Assembly: GCA_963663405.2 (NCBI GenBank)
Contig: CAXXSM010000042.1
Location: forward strand, 1-64,000
DNA length: 64,000 bases
Direction: 5' to 3'
DNA from: a bacterium
Lineage (GTDB): Bacteria; Hinthialibacterota; Hinthialibacteria; Hinthialibacterales; Hinthialibacteraceae
Shown here: piece by piece, positions 42,039 to 52,055 of the stretch
Layout: each line of letters starts with the position of its first letter
Position numbering within the stretch: the first letter of the stretch is position 1
Notes under the pieces: generated by a model
Databases searched by the model: none
The model's input: the letters and a program-made list of their open reading frames with translations, nothing else
Told to the model about the DNA's origin: nothing
Made by a program: the position numbers and the translations under genes

Positions 42039-43166
42039 ATGAATAGATTGATAAGCATCTTTATAATCACCATAACACTACATGGCGTTTGCCATGCGCA
42101 AAGTCTGAAGGCTGAACTATACGATAACATCAAACAGCAAGTGCAATCGGGTGTATTTAACAGGCTTACGGATGAGGAACTAACCAATGTGAAGTGTGAA
42201 GCCATGATTATTGGCGCGACAATTGGAGATATACAAAAGATATCTCCTGCCTTGATTCAATGGACAACAACAGAAAGTCAATGGGTCTCAGATGAAGTTC
42301 TCAAGATACTTGAGAGTGATGAAACTGATATAAGCGAAGCAAAGTCAGATATAATACTCCCCCATGTCAAGCACCTCACAGCATACAAAACGGGTTTATG
42401 GTCCTCACATAAACCCAGTGAAGAATTAGCAAAAATCATTGCGATGGAAGTGGTCAGCGCAATCCAGTATGCGAATCGTTCGGATATTGATTATCCTGAT
42501 ACGCAAGTAAGAGAACAGGCGAAAGAACAGATCACAGAATTCGCCTCCTATCTGAAATCTGGATTGTTGAATCAAACAGAAGATAGTATCCTGCAGGAAA
42601 TTGTTGATTATGAAATCGATCAGATGATTTCTGATATCCATTGGCGAGTCGACTCTCCATTTTTTCCATTTGGGAAGCGATTGTATGATCAGCAAGAATT
42701 GGATAAAATGGTTGCGGAAGGTCTCGATATTGTATCAGGGATGCTGCACCCAGATGTTGTTGAACTGTATATTTTCGACAAAACACCTTCAATCGTTTTA
42801 GATCGGCATTTCAAACGAATGCATGCGAAAGTCGTCATACACAAAGGATTCTCACCAATAATAAAGGCGTATAAACGCGGCAGAGAATATCACTACGGCC
42901 AGAACGAATACGAAGAAATCAAGGGATTATTAAAAATAGTACAGAATCAAGAAAGAAGAGAAATGGGAATGCAGGAATTACCATATCTACTCTATTCAAG
43001 AATCAAAAATGTATCGGAGGAAAACCATGAAAAAAATCACCCGTCGCAGCGTTATGACAGCGGCGGGAGCCGGCGCCGCCGCGAGTGTTTTTCCCGTTCA
43101 GGCGCAGGATTCCCAATCCGATCTCTCAAAAGCGATTCAGTCTCTGCCGAATGTCTCCGGGCATGA
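42039..43166 (+). CDS. Secreted helical hypothetical protein Z; 3' end probably lost near 42990, frame runs into next gene
   Basis: AAGGAG RBS, signal peptide ending CHAQ. 140-nt out-of-frame overlap with the amidohydrolase. Confidence 0.65.
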   Translation: MNRLISIFIITITLHGVCHAQSLKAELYDNIKQQVQSGVFNRLTDEELTNVKCEAMIIGATIGDIQKISPALIQWTTTESQWVSDEVLKILESDETDISEAKSDIILPHVKHLTAYKTGLWSSHKPSEELAKIIAMEVVSAIQYANRSDIDYPDTQVREQAKEQITEFASYLKSGLLNQTEDSILQEIVDYEIDQMISDIHWRVDSPFFPFGKRLYDQQELDKMVAEGLDIVSGMLHPDVVELYIFDKTPSIVLDRHFKRMHAKVVIHKGFSPIIKAYKRGREYHYGQNEYEEIKGLLKIVQNQERREMGMQELPYLLYSRIKNVSEENHEKNHPSQRYDSGGSRRRRECFSRSGAGFPIRSLKSDSVSAECLRA

Positions 43167-44436
43167 ACATTGGGGGTCGATTGACGCGGTTGGGTGGAGC
43201 CAGTCTGGATACATCGCTGATTTAAAGACGGGTGTAGAGCCGGATAACGCTTCTTTGTTTGATATTTTATTCGATCCTTATTCAGGGATGGCGATTGGAT
43301 CGGCTGGAATGGACCGGAACGCGGAGCCACGGCGGCGCGGCTATACAAACCATAAGGAATGGTTTCAAAAAGAGCCCAAACAAGCGTGGGATTCAGCTCG
43401 GCCGATTCTGCGCGATGTCCACTCGACGGGCTGGTTTTCTTGTTTAGCGGAAGGTTTTCGCGTTCTCTATAATGTGGATCTTATGCGGATCGTGGATAGT
43501 GATTCACAGAACGTGGAGCCTATTCTCCAACTTGATGGCGCCGTCCAGCGACGTTACCGCAAACTGACGCAATGGTATAAAGAAGCCTATGAACTCACAG
43601 GCATTGAATATATCCTGCGCCCCACGCAACTGGAATTCGGATTCCAGATCGAGAATCCCAAAGAACGGGAATTAATGGCGCCGTTGCTGCGTATCGATCA
43701 ATTCTGCGAGTTTTATATTAACCGAACCGGCGCGATGGAATATTGCGTTGAGAAAACCGGTGTTGATCCAACCAACGCGGATGAGTTCCGCGAGTTTCTT
43801 GCGAAGGTGTTTCAAGCAGCGGATGAAGCCGGTTTTGTTGGCACAAAACAGTTACAAGCGTACCGGCGCCCACTCGATTTTATTCGCCCCAAAGATTCCG
43901 AAGTCTGTTTTGAACCTGCGAAAGACAGGGGAAAACGGCTTACCTTCGGGAATTTTGTCATGTATGAATGCGCGCAGCTGGCGGCGGAGCGGGATTGGCC
44001 GCATCAGATTCACACCGGCACGCATAATCTTCCCGATTCCAATCCTCTTCCGCTCCGGCCTTTGATTAAAGCCTTTCCACGGGTGAAATTCGTGTTAATT
44101 CACTGCTGGCCATTTCAGAAAGAATCGGCGTTTCTCGCGAAATCGTACGCGAATGTCTTTATCGACACGTGTTGGACGCCAGTGTTGAATCTAGCGTATT
44201 TCAAAGAATCACTGGAAACATATATCGGTTATCTTCCGGATACAAAAATGACGATCGGGCATGATTCAACATCGGTTGAAATGGCCGCCGGTTCACTCAG
44301 TCATTGCCGTGCGATTGCAGCGCGTGTACTTCAGGAAAGGATTGATGATCGGCAGCTGACCTATGAAGGGGCGCTGTCTTTGGCGAAGTGTTACTTTGCC
44401 GATTCAGCGCGGGCTTTGTATAAGATTTCTATTTGA
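43027..44436 (+). CDS. Tat-exported amidohydrolase-family protein
   Basis: TRRSVM Tat motif, GHEH, QIHTG, FVLIHC, VFIDTCW and GHDS; GGAGG RBS. Confidence 0.85.
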   Translation: MKKITRRSVMTAAGAGAAASVFPVQAQDSQSDLSKAIQSLPNVSGHEHWGSIDAVGWSQSGYIADLKTGVEPDNASLFDILFDPYSGMAIGSAGMDRNAEPRRRGYTNHKEWFQKEPKQAWDSARPILRDVHSTGWFSCLAEGFRVLYNVDLMRIVDSDSQNVEPILQLDGAVQRRYRKLTQWYKEAYELTGIEYILRPTQLEFGFQIENPKERELMAPLLRIDQFCEFYINRTGAMEYCVEKTGVDPTNADEFREFLAKVFQAADEAGFVGTKQLQAYRRPLDFIRPKDSEVCFEPAKDRGKRLTFGNFVMYECAQLAAERDWPHQIHTGTHNLPDSNPLPLRPLIKAFPRVKFVLIHCWPFQKESAFLAKSYANVFIDTCWTPVLNLAYFKESLETYIGYLPDTKMTIGHDSTSVEMAAGSLSHCRAIAARVLQERIDDRQLTYEGALSLAKCYFADSARALYKISI

Positions 44437-44534
44437 ATTTGTGAGTGAACGCTTTTGGATAATTCATTTTAATTCATTCAGTCTTAGGACGTTTCCGTTA
44501 AACAATCCTTTCACTTTTTATGGACAATATTAAA

Positions 44535-46620
44535 CACCGATTTTCGCGAGAACCTCAACCGTCATAATTGAACTATAGTTTTTTCGCGGATTTTACTGCT
44601 TTTTCAAAGCGCAATGCGTATAAATCTTGGTACTTATATGACGGATATGTTTTCCACGATCTGAACATACTTTCTCCCATTTTTCCCGATTTCTCTTCTT
44701 CTCAGGTCAAAAATCTATGAATTTTCGTACTTTTCTACGTTTTTTTTCTTACCCCCCTTGCATTTACATCCTATTTCGCGGTATTATAACCTTCATAATT
44801 ATACTAGGTATAATATCATGCGTGATGACCTGAAATCCTTCTTCCTGGCTCCGAAATCCCCCAAACACCGGCAGTACGAAGCCCTGCGCGCCTACATCCT
44901 TGACGAAACGCCGGCCGCCGACGTGGCCCAACGCTTCGGATTCACCGAAAATTCGCTCTATGCCTTGGCTCACGATCTCCGCGCCGGAACGCTGGAATTT
45001 TTCCCCCAACGCTCTCCCGGACCAAAAGACCGCCGCGTGACTCCCTACATTCGCGAGCGGATTGTGGGATGGAGAAAAAATCAGTTGGCCGTGGCGGATA
45101 TTACCGAACGGCTCCGTGAGGAGAATATTGATATCAGCCCCAGCACAGTCGAACGAATCTTGAAAGACGCCGGCTTCGGCAAACTGCCCCGCCGGACAGC
45201 CGCTCAGCGAGGCCGGACGAAAAAAAATACACTTCTGGCGCAATCCGCTCAGAATCTGGAGTTCGAGGATCTCGAACCCTTTCATGAAGATTGCCAAATT
45301 GCGGGACTTTTCGTGTTCCTCCCTTACATTATTGAATCGGGCCTTATGGATACGCTCGATTCGCTTCCCATCCCCGAATCCAAAGTCATTGGTAAAAAAC
45401 AAGCGTTTTTAAGTTTTCTCGCCCTGAAATTGATGGGGGGCGAACGCTTCTGTCACGTGCGGCAATACGATCATGACGCGGGACTCGGTGTATTCGCCGG
45501 TCTCAACCGGTTGCCCAAACCGACGTACATGGGAACGTACTCCTGCCTCGTTTCCGCCGGCCTGTGCCGTCAACTCCAGCAAGAAATGGTGACCCGCATG
45601 ACGGCGTGGGATCCATCGTTTTTTTCGGCGGAAACGATCAATCTGGACTTTCATTCCATTCCTCATTTCGGCGAGAAATCCGAGATGGAGAAGGTCTGGT
45701 GTGGGGCGCGCAACAAGGCGCTGAAAGGCGCGAACACGTTTTTCGCTCAAGACGCGGAAACCAATGCTCTTTTGTATGCGAACGCGGATGTACTACGGAA
45801 AAACGGCTCGGAAGAAATTCTGAATTTTGTGGAGTATTTGAAAGATATTCGAGGCGTGGTCCGCGAGACCCTGGTGTTCGATTCCCGCTTAACCACATAC
45901 AACATTTTAGGCCAATTGGACCAGGCCAATATCAAATTTATTACGCTGCGATCCCGCTGTCAAAGCTTGATCCAACAGACGGAAGCCTTGCCGGATTCGA
46001 GTTGGATGAAAGTTAAACTCCCCATCCCCAAGCGGAAACACCATACTTTCCTGGCTCACGAAAGTGAGGTCACGTTGAAACCCTGCCCGAAGCCGTTCCG
46101 GCAGATCATTATGAAAGATCATGGGCGGGATCAACCCACTTATGTCATCACCAACAACCGGGATTTGGATCTGGTTGAGGTACTCGCCATCTACGCGCGC
46201 CGGTGGCGGATTGAGAATAAACTGGCCGAATTAGTCGATTTTTTTCACATCAACGCGCTCTCTTCACCGATCATGATCCGGATCTATTTCGATCTCTTGT
46301 TGAGTGTGGTGGCCAGTTTTTTCTACCGGCGATTGGCGCAGGATTTGCCCCGGTTTGAGAACCATTTGGCGCCGGATATTTTCCGAAATTTTATCGATAT
46401 GCCAGGAAAGGTCCGTTTCGACGGGCAAAATTTTGAGGTGCGCATCCGCAAGCGGGCTCATACGCCCATCTTGCTTGGAATCAAGAAACTGCAGAAACCA
46501 TTTGAAATTCCCTGGCTGGAAGGAAGGCGCATGCGGATACGATATACGCCTTGATCCCGCCTTATACCCGCCCAAATCTTGGTCTAATTATGACGGTTCC
46601 GCACCCCGCGAAAATCGGTG
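44535..46620 (+). mobile_element. Insertion sequence, 2086 bp, DDE (IS4-superfamily-like) transposase
   Basis: TIRs CACCGATTTTCGCG-N8-AACCGTCATAATT at both ends. TTAAA direct repeat at 44530-44534 and 46621-46625. Confidence 0.92.
44818..46554 (+). CDS. Transposase with N-terminal HTH domains and DDE core
   Basis: NLDFHSIPHFG, VFDSR and YARRWRIEN motifs; HTH ISPSTVERILK. Confidence 0.9.
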   Translation: MRDDLKSFFLAPKSPKHRQYEALRAYILDETPAADVAQRFGFTENSLYALAHDLRAGTLEFFPQRSPGPKDRRVTPYIRERIVGWRKNQLAVADITERLREENIDISPSTVERILKDAGFGKLPRRTAAQRGRTKKNTLLAQSAQNLEFEDLEPFHEDCQIAGLFVFLPYIIESGLMDTLDSLPIPESKVIGKKQAFLSFLALKLMGGERFCHVRQYDHDAGLGVFAGLNRLPKPTYMGTYSCLVSAGLCRQLQQEMVTRMTAWDPSFFSAETINLDFHSIPHFGEKSEMEKVWCGARNKALKGANTFFAQDAETNALLYANADVLRKNGSEEILNFVEYLKDIRGVVRETLVFDSRLTTYNILGQLDQANIKFITLRSRCQSLIQQTEALPDSSWMKVKLPIPKRKHHTFLAHESEVTLKPCPKPFRQIIMKDHGRDQPTYVITNNRDLDLVEVLAIYARRWRIENKLAELVDFFHINALSSPIMIRIYFDLLLSVVASFFYRRLAQDLPRFENHLAPDIFRNFIDMPGKVRFDGQNFEVRIRKRAHTPILLGIKKLQKPFEIPWLEGRRMRIRYTP

Positions 46621-46655
46621 TTAAAGCCCAATACTGCTATGCGGGATTCTTCATT

Positions 46656-46741
46656 GTCTGAACCTTGATTTACTTGATTCGCATGATTTTCATGATTTTT
46701 AATCATGGTAATCATATAATCCTTTGAATCAGGGTTCAGAC
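46656..46741. repeat. TGTCTGAACC-family palindromic intergenic repeat
   Basis: GTCTGAACCTTGATT...AATCAGGGTTCAGAC with internal 9-nt periodic TGATT. Confidence 0.8.
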
Positions 46742-47045
46742 GGTTAAGTCATCCTGCAATAAGAGCGGAATTATACGAAAAATTTTTATACTCAATTACC
46801 CGGATGAACCTTAAATTCTCTTCTTACTTTTTCACTTTCCCTAGTCAAATCCGGTTGGCGGCTCCTATAATGTATCTTAAATATCCTTTTCTAATTTCTT
46901 TCCCGGTTGAGGGTTTGGCTGCGGCCGGATCCGGTTCCATACGAATCGTTATCGTGTAGCGGCAGAATCGTTGAAAGCATATTTATGCTTTTCACGAAGC
47001 GTTGTTTGGATTGTGATTTATCATCTTGTAAGAAAGGTAGTCTTT

Positions 47046-50000
47046 ATGTCTATTCGAACGGTATGTGCGCTCTTCTGTTTCATCGTTGTCAGCGTTCTTT
47101 CATCCACGGGCTTCGCGGAGGAAAAACCGGCCACGGTTGAGATCAAAAAATCTACGGCGGATGTCAAAGACGTGACAGTGGAAGTGAAGATCATTCAACA
47201 GGAAGTGAAGAAGGAAAGCGAAGGGAAAAAAGAGAAATCAACTCCCGCGCAGAAAAAAGCCTCTCCCGCCCAACAGCAGATCGAAGAACTCACGATCAAT
47301 AACTACGGTTTTCAGGCGATTTTCATCAATTCCAACGTCAGGATCAGCGGGAATACAATTGAAGGGGAAATTAGTAAAGGCGCAGGAGAGGAAGCGGAGG
47401 AAGCGGAAGAAACACCTTCCGGCGCCCGTGCTCCTTCCCAGCCTAGAGAGCGGCCGAAAAAACCTGGCAAATTTGAAGAAACCATCAAAGACGCGACCAA
47501 GGCGGAAGGCCTGATCACAATCTACACTGATGAAAAGAACAAGAAAGTGTTCTGGGAAATCGCGCCCACGCAATTGGAGAAAGAACTGCTGATCACCGGT
47601 GTTATGGAATCCGGCGCCGGCGCGGGATGGGCGAAACCCGGCGCCTATTTATGGGGATACTCTGGAAAGATATTTGTGCTGGAAGAAATACAGAACACGA
47701 TCCGTCTCGTTCAACGCAATACCCGCTTCACCGCGCCCAGCGATTCAACCGAAAAAGCCGCCGTTGAAAAGAATTACAGTGACTCTATTGTCGCCGCGTT
47801 TCCAGTGGCGGCCACCAATCCGGAAGATGGGGGCTATCTGGTCGATGTGACGAATTTCCTTCTCTCTGATTTCTTCCAAATCGGGGATGAACTGCGCGAT
47901 TCTCTTGGCAGTGGCTATGGCCTGGATCGGCAGAACTGCTACGTCATCGAATGCAAAGCGTTCCCGAAAAACATTATCACCCGGATCAAGTATGCGTTTC
48001 GTTCCGGGCTCTCCTCCGGGAATATCGCTCTGCCCGATGGGCGCAGTGTGCAGATTGGGGCGTTGATTGATATCCGTCTCCTTTCAGAAAATCCTGATTT
48101 TGAAACACGAGTCGCAGATCGGCGGATCGGGCATTTCATAGAAGCGCAAATCGATTTTGGTGAGAGAGCGGAACGGCCTACGCGGTTCGTGCGCAATATC
48201 GCCCGGTGGGATATCCGGAAAGCGAGTCCGGAGTTGGAATTGTCGCCACCCAATAAAGAGATCGTTTTCTGGATAGAAAACACTGTGCCGGAGAAATATC
48301 GTGATCCCATCCGGCGGGGAGTGATGGAGTGGAACAAAGCGTTCCGGAAAATCGGGATCAAAGATCCGATTGTTGTGAAAGATCAACCGGATGACGCGCA
48401 ATGGGATATCTACGACGCCCGGTATAACACGATTCATTGGAACACTTCTCACAGTCTCGCGTACAGCGCCGTGGCGCAATATATCACCAATCCACGCACC
48501 GGTGAGATTATGAACGGCTGCTTCCTATTAGAGGCGGAGAACCTTCGCAGTCTTCACCTGCTTAGAAAATTGAATGAACCCAACCGGATGGAACTTTTGC
48601 GGGAACGTCTATCCGGCAAACCACCAAAGGGATTCAATCAACATACTTGTGATTATTCCGATGGATTGACAGATCACGCGATTTTTGTTCTCACCGCGCT
48701 GGCGGCTGAGAAAGGTGTGGATTGCGCTTCGGGGGAATTTATCGACAAATTCGTGGATGATTGCCTGTTTGCTCTTGCTGTGCATGAATTCGGTCATGTG
48801 CTCGGATTCCGGCACAATTTTGAAGCGAGCACGCTTCTCCCCCTCGATCAGCTTCACAACAAACAAATCACGTCGGAGAAGAGCATCACATCCAGCGTGA
48901 TGGAATATCTGCCGGTTAATTTCGCGCCGGAAGGTGTCGAACAGGGGTATTATTTCGAACCCACAATAGGGCCATACGATTATCTTGTAGTTGAATACGC
49001 CTACGCCACGATTCAACCCGCGACCGGTGAGACGGAACGTGATGTTCTCAATGCAATCGGGGAAAAAGGTGAACAGCGGGAATACGCCTACAGCACGGAT
49101 GAAGACCTTTATGGCTATGGCGCTCCGGGAATCGATCCTCTCGCCAACCGGTACGATCTCGGAAACGATCCACTCCTATGGGGGAAACAGCAAGCGCAAA
49201 AGGCGCTCGATACGATTCCCAAACTGCCAAACCTGATAAAAGAAGGCGATAGTTACGATAAAGTACGGATCGGCTTCAACTATATGCTGTCGAATTATTT
49301 CAACTCAGCGGAATTTGCGCTGAAATTTCTTGGCGGGCAGTATGTCAATCCTGTCATCAAAGGCGGTCCGCAGGATCCGCCGCCCCTAAAACCAGTCTCG
49401 GCGGTAAAACAGCGGGAAGCGTTGAATTTCCTGGTTGAAGAATTGATGTCTGACAAGGTCTTCCAATTCGATCCGGAATTATTGCAGATGCTGGCTGGAG
49501 AACGGTGGATGCATTGGGGAGCGAGTATTCCCGGCCCCGCGCATGAATATACGTTAACGGACATCGCCGCTGATTTTTACGATCAGCTGCTCTACATCAT
49601 CTTCTCACCAGTTATCACACAGCGGATCATTGAAGCGGAAAATCTGCGTCCACCGGAGGAAGTGAAATTCAGTGTTCCCGAAGTATTCAAAACGGTCGCA
49701 GATGAAGTCTGGCGGGAGATCGAGCCGTTAACAAAAGAGAAATTAGAGACTCCAATCGAAGGCGCTCCCTTCTCGAATAAGAAACCGCTCATCTCCACCT
49801 ACCGGCGGATGCTTCAGCGGCAGCATGTCAAGCGGATGACCGCCATCATGCTCCAACCTTCATACAACATGCCGGCCGACGCTTGTACCCAAGCCTGGCG
49901 CACGTTGCGAAACTTGGAGAAAGACCTGAAAGCGATCGTCCCATTCATTGAAGAAGCCGATTGGATCGACGCCAATTCCCGCGATCATTTAGCGGAAACG

Positions 50001-50057
50001 CTTGTTAAAATTCGCAAGGCGCTCGATTCGCATATGAACGCGAGTATTGATTCCTGA
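47046..50057 (+). CDS. Secreted zinc-dependent metalloprotease (metzincin, EcxA/DUF4953-DUF5117-like)
   Basis: HEFGHVLGFRHN zinc motif, SSVMEY Met-turn, ADRRIGHF, WNKAF; signal peptide. Confidence 0.92.
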   Translation: MSIRTVCALFCFIVVSVLSSTGFAEEKPATVEIKKSTADVKDVTVEVKIIQQEVKKESEGKKEKSTPAQKKASPAQQQIEELTINNYGFQAIFINSNVRISGNTIEGEISKGAGEEAEEAEETPSGARAPSQPRERPKKPGKFEETIKDATKAEGLITIYTDEKNKKVFWEIAPTQLEKELLITGVMESGAGAGWAKPGAYLWGYSGKIFVLEEIQNTIRLVQRNTRFTAPSDSTEKAAVEKNYSDSIVAAFPVAATNPEDGGYLVDVTNFLLSDFFQIGDELRDSLGSGYGLDRQNCYVIECKAFPKNIITRIKYAFRSGLSSGNIALPDGRSVQIGALIDIRLLSENPDFETRVADRRIGHFIEAQIDFGERAERPTRFVRNIARWDIRKASPELELSPPNKEIVFWIENTVPEKYRDPIRRGVMEWNKAFRKIGIKDPIVVKDQPDDAQWDIYDARYNTIHWNTSHSLAYSAVAQYITNPRTGEIMNGCFLLEAENLRSLHLLRKLNEPNRMELLRERLSGKPPKGFNQHTCDYSDGLTDHAIFVLTALAAEKGVDCASGEFIDKFVDDCLFALAVHEFGHVLGFRHNFEASTLLPLDQLHNKQITSEKSITSSVMEYLPVNFAPEGVEQGYYFEPTIGPYDYLVVEYAYATIQPATGETERDVLNAIGEKGEQREYAYSTDEDLYGYGAPGIDPLANRYDLGNDPLLWGKQQAQKALDTIPKLPNLIKEGDSYDKVRIGFNYMLSNYFNSAEFALKFLGGQYVNPVIKGGPQDPPPLKPVSAVKQREALNFLVEELMSDKVFQFDPELLQMLAGERWMHWGASIPGPAHEYTLTDIAADFYDQLLYIIFSPVITQRIIEAENLRPPEEVKFSVPEVFKTVADEVWREIEPLTKEKLETPIEGAPFSNKKPLISTYRRMLQRQHVKRMTAIMLQPSYNMPADACTQAWRTLRNLEKDLKAIVPFIEEADWIDANSRDHLAETLVKIRKALDSHMNASIDS

Positions 50058-50095
50058 TCGGAACGATAGTCATACAGTTCTTTTAGTTCACTTAC

Positions 50096-50128
50096 AAACG
50101 GGGCACGGTAATCCATGCCCCGTTTTTT
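50096..50128 (+). terminator. Intrinsic terminator
   Basis: AAACGGGGCA...TGCCCCGTTTTTT. Confidence 0.7.
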
Positions 50129-50175
50129 CAAACTGAAATTTAAAACAATATCAATAGAATCGGAAAGGAAGAGGG

Positions 50176-50643
50176 ATGAAATCATCTAAACATGACGCGG
50201 AAGTCACCATATTTACGGATGGGGCCTGTAGCGGGAATCCCGGTCCGGGTGGTTGGGCGTATGTGATCCGGCATAATCCAACGGGAAAAGAGGATGAAGG
50301 TTCTGGCGGTGATCCGCATACAACCAATAACAAAATGGAAATGCAGGCGGTGATTGAAGGATTGAAGCGATTGAAAAAGGATGGCGTGCGCGTTCATGTT
50401 GTGACGGACAGTTCCTATGTGCAGCAAGGCATCACCAGTTGGATCATTAACTGGAAGAAAAACAATTGGCATTTAAAAAGCAGCAAAGGCAAACCGGTGA
50501 AAAACGTTGAATTATGGAAAGAGATGGACGCGCTGGTCCAAAAACATATTGTCACATTTGAACTCGTAAAAGGTCATTCGGGCCATCCGGAAAATGAACG
50601 GTGCGATGAACTGGCGGTCGCGGCGTATCAACAGTATTTATAA
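50176..50643 (+). CDS. rnhA: Ribonuclease HI
   Basis: FTDGACSGNPGPGGW, TTNNKME, TDSSYV and KGHSGHPENERCD. Confidence 0.97.
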   Translation: MKSSKHDAEVTIFTDGACSGNPGPGGWAYVIRHNPTGKEDEGSGGDPHTTNNKMEMQAVIEGLKRLKKDGVRVHVVTDSSYVQQGITSWIINWKKNNWHLKSSKGKPVKNVELWKEMDALVQKHIVTFELVKGHSGHPENERCDELAVAAYQQYL

Positions 50644-50732
50644 GCGTTTCATTTAATAACACAGCGATCCTAAGTTTTCTGCGTGAAAGAAAGTAGAATA
50701 GATTTAAAGCATTGTTCAAAACAGAAAGGCGG

Positions 50733-52055
50733 ATGAGAATGAAAGGGGCGTTGATCCTTGCGGTTAGTTTGCTGATGTGTTGTTACTCATCCACATCATC
50801 CGCCTGCCGGTATTCGGTGCGGGACGTAGGTTTTGTCGACCTTGGCTCGTCTCCCTATCGCCTGTATGGATATATAAATAACGAAACACCCGAATCGCAG
50901 GCGGAGGCATTTAAACAGATCGCCTATGCGGTTTTACTTGACAGCAATGTCGAAGTGGAAATCCTGAATGTAGACCAGGATAAAAACCATCCCGCTTTGG
51001 AATATTATCACTGGCTGCAACTCGGTTCGTTCCCATCCGCCGCGTTGGTCTCCCCGGAAGGAGACGCCATCGAGATTCCACTGACGAAACCGGGCAAGTC
51101 ATTTAAAGAATCCCTATGGACCGCGTTGGAAAGCGTTGTAGTTTCGCCTGTCCGCGATACGGTGATTAAAGACTTGATTGAATCGTATTGTGTGATTCTT
51201 TATGTCCAATGCAAAAACGCGGCGCAAAATCTCCGAATCCGAGAGGGTCTTCAAGAGATCATCACCCGTGTGGAAAACTCGATGAGTCTATTGCCGAAAC
51301 TAATCGAGAATCCTCCCCGCCTAGTGGAAATCGAACCTAGCGCTTTCGAGCAGGAAACTGTGTTTATTCGAAGCCTGGGGGTGAAACGGCTTGATGGAGC
51401 GGAGCCTTACGCGATGGTTCTTTATGGGCGGGGCCGAAAAATCGGAAGTTTGCTGCGGGGAGAGGAGATTCTCTCCAATGCGCTATTCAATACGATCTAC
51501 CTTGTTGGACAATCCTGTGAATGCGGCCTTGATCGCGAGCAGATGATGGGGGTTATGTTTCCACTGCGGTGGGATGGCGCCACGCAAAAACTCGCTGCGA
51601 AGAAATTGGGATTCGACGCGGAAAGCCCAATGGTCAAGATGGAGATTGGACAGATTCTCTCGATCAATTCATCCGGCGTTGGTACAGGCGGCTCGGTTGA
51701 AGACGCGCTGCTTGGCTATACGGAAATGACAATTGATGTGGAACCGGATACAGGGCAATTGATAGTACAGGACACCCGTTCTCTTGGATCGTATACAGAA
51801 TTACCAGTGGAAGGCGCGATGGAGGACAATTCATCCACCGCTGGTCTTCAATCAGCGGCGCCTGGCGCCATGGATATGAATCTGAATCAAGATAAGGCGG
51901 CGCTTTCGTCTTCTCAATCCTCGAACGTTCAAAATCTAGAAACGCAAATTCGAATTCGTTATACGACATCTCTCATTATTATTTGCGGGATCGTTGTTTT
52001 AATGCTCACGGCGGGTATTGTCATCCTTCTGCGCGCAAGGACGCGGATCCAATGA
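50733..52055 (+). CDS. Exported Cys-containing protein with C-terminal TM anchor
   Basis: Signal peptide, ACRYSVRDVGFVD, CECG, C-terminal TM with basic tail. ATGA-coupled to the permease. Confidence 0.75.
   Translation: MRMKGALILAVSLLMCCYSSTSSACRYSVRDVGFVDLGSSPYRLYGYINNETPESQAEAFKQIAYAVLLDSNVEVEILNVDQDKNHPALEYYHWLQLGSFPSAALVSPEGDAIEIPLTKPGKSFKESLWTALESVVVSPVRDTVIKDLIESYCVILYVQCKNAAQNLRIREGLQEIITRVENSMSLLPKLIENPPRLVEIEPSAFEQETVFIRSLGVKRLDGAEPYAMVLYGRGRKIGSLLRGEEILSNALFNTIYLVGQSCECGLDREQMMGVMFPLRWDGATQKLAAKKLGFDAESPMVKMEIGQILSINSSGVGTGGSVEDALLGYTEMTIDVEPDTGQLIVQDTRSLGSYTELPVEGAMEDNSSTAGLQSAAPGAMDMNLNQDKAALSSSQSSNVQNLETQIRIRYTTSLIIICGIVVLMLTAGIVILLRARTRIQ

Larger units (their letters stand above)
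40425..42320. repeat. About 1.9-kb tandem duplication unit, copy 2
   Basis: Junction GAGAGTGAT|AATAGGGTC at 40424/40425. Confidence 0.92.
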
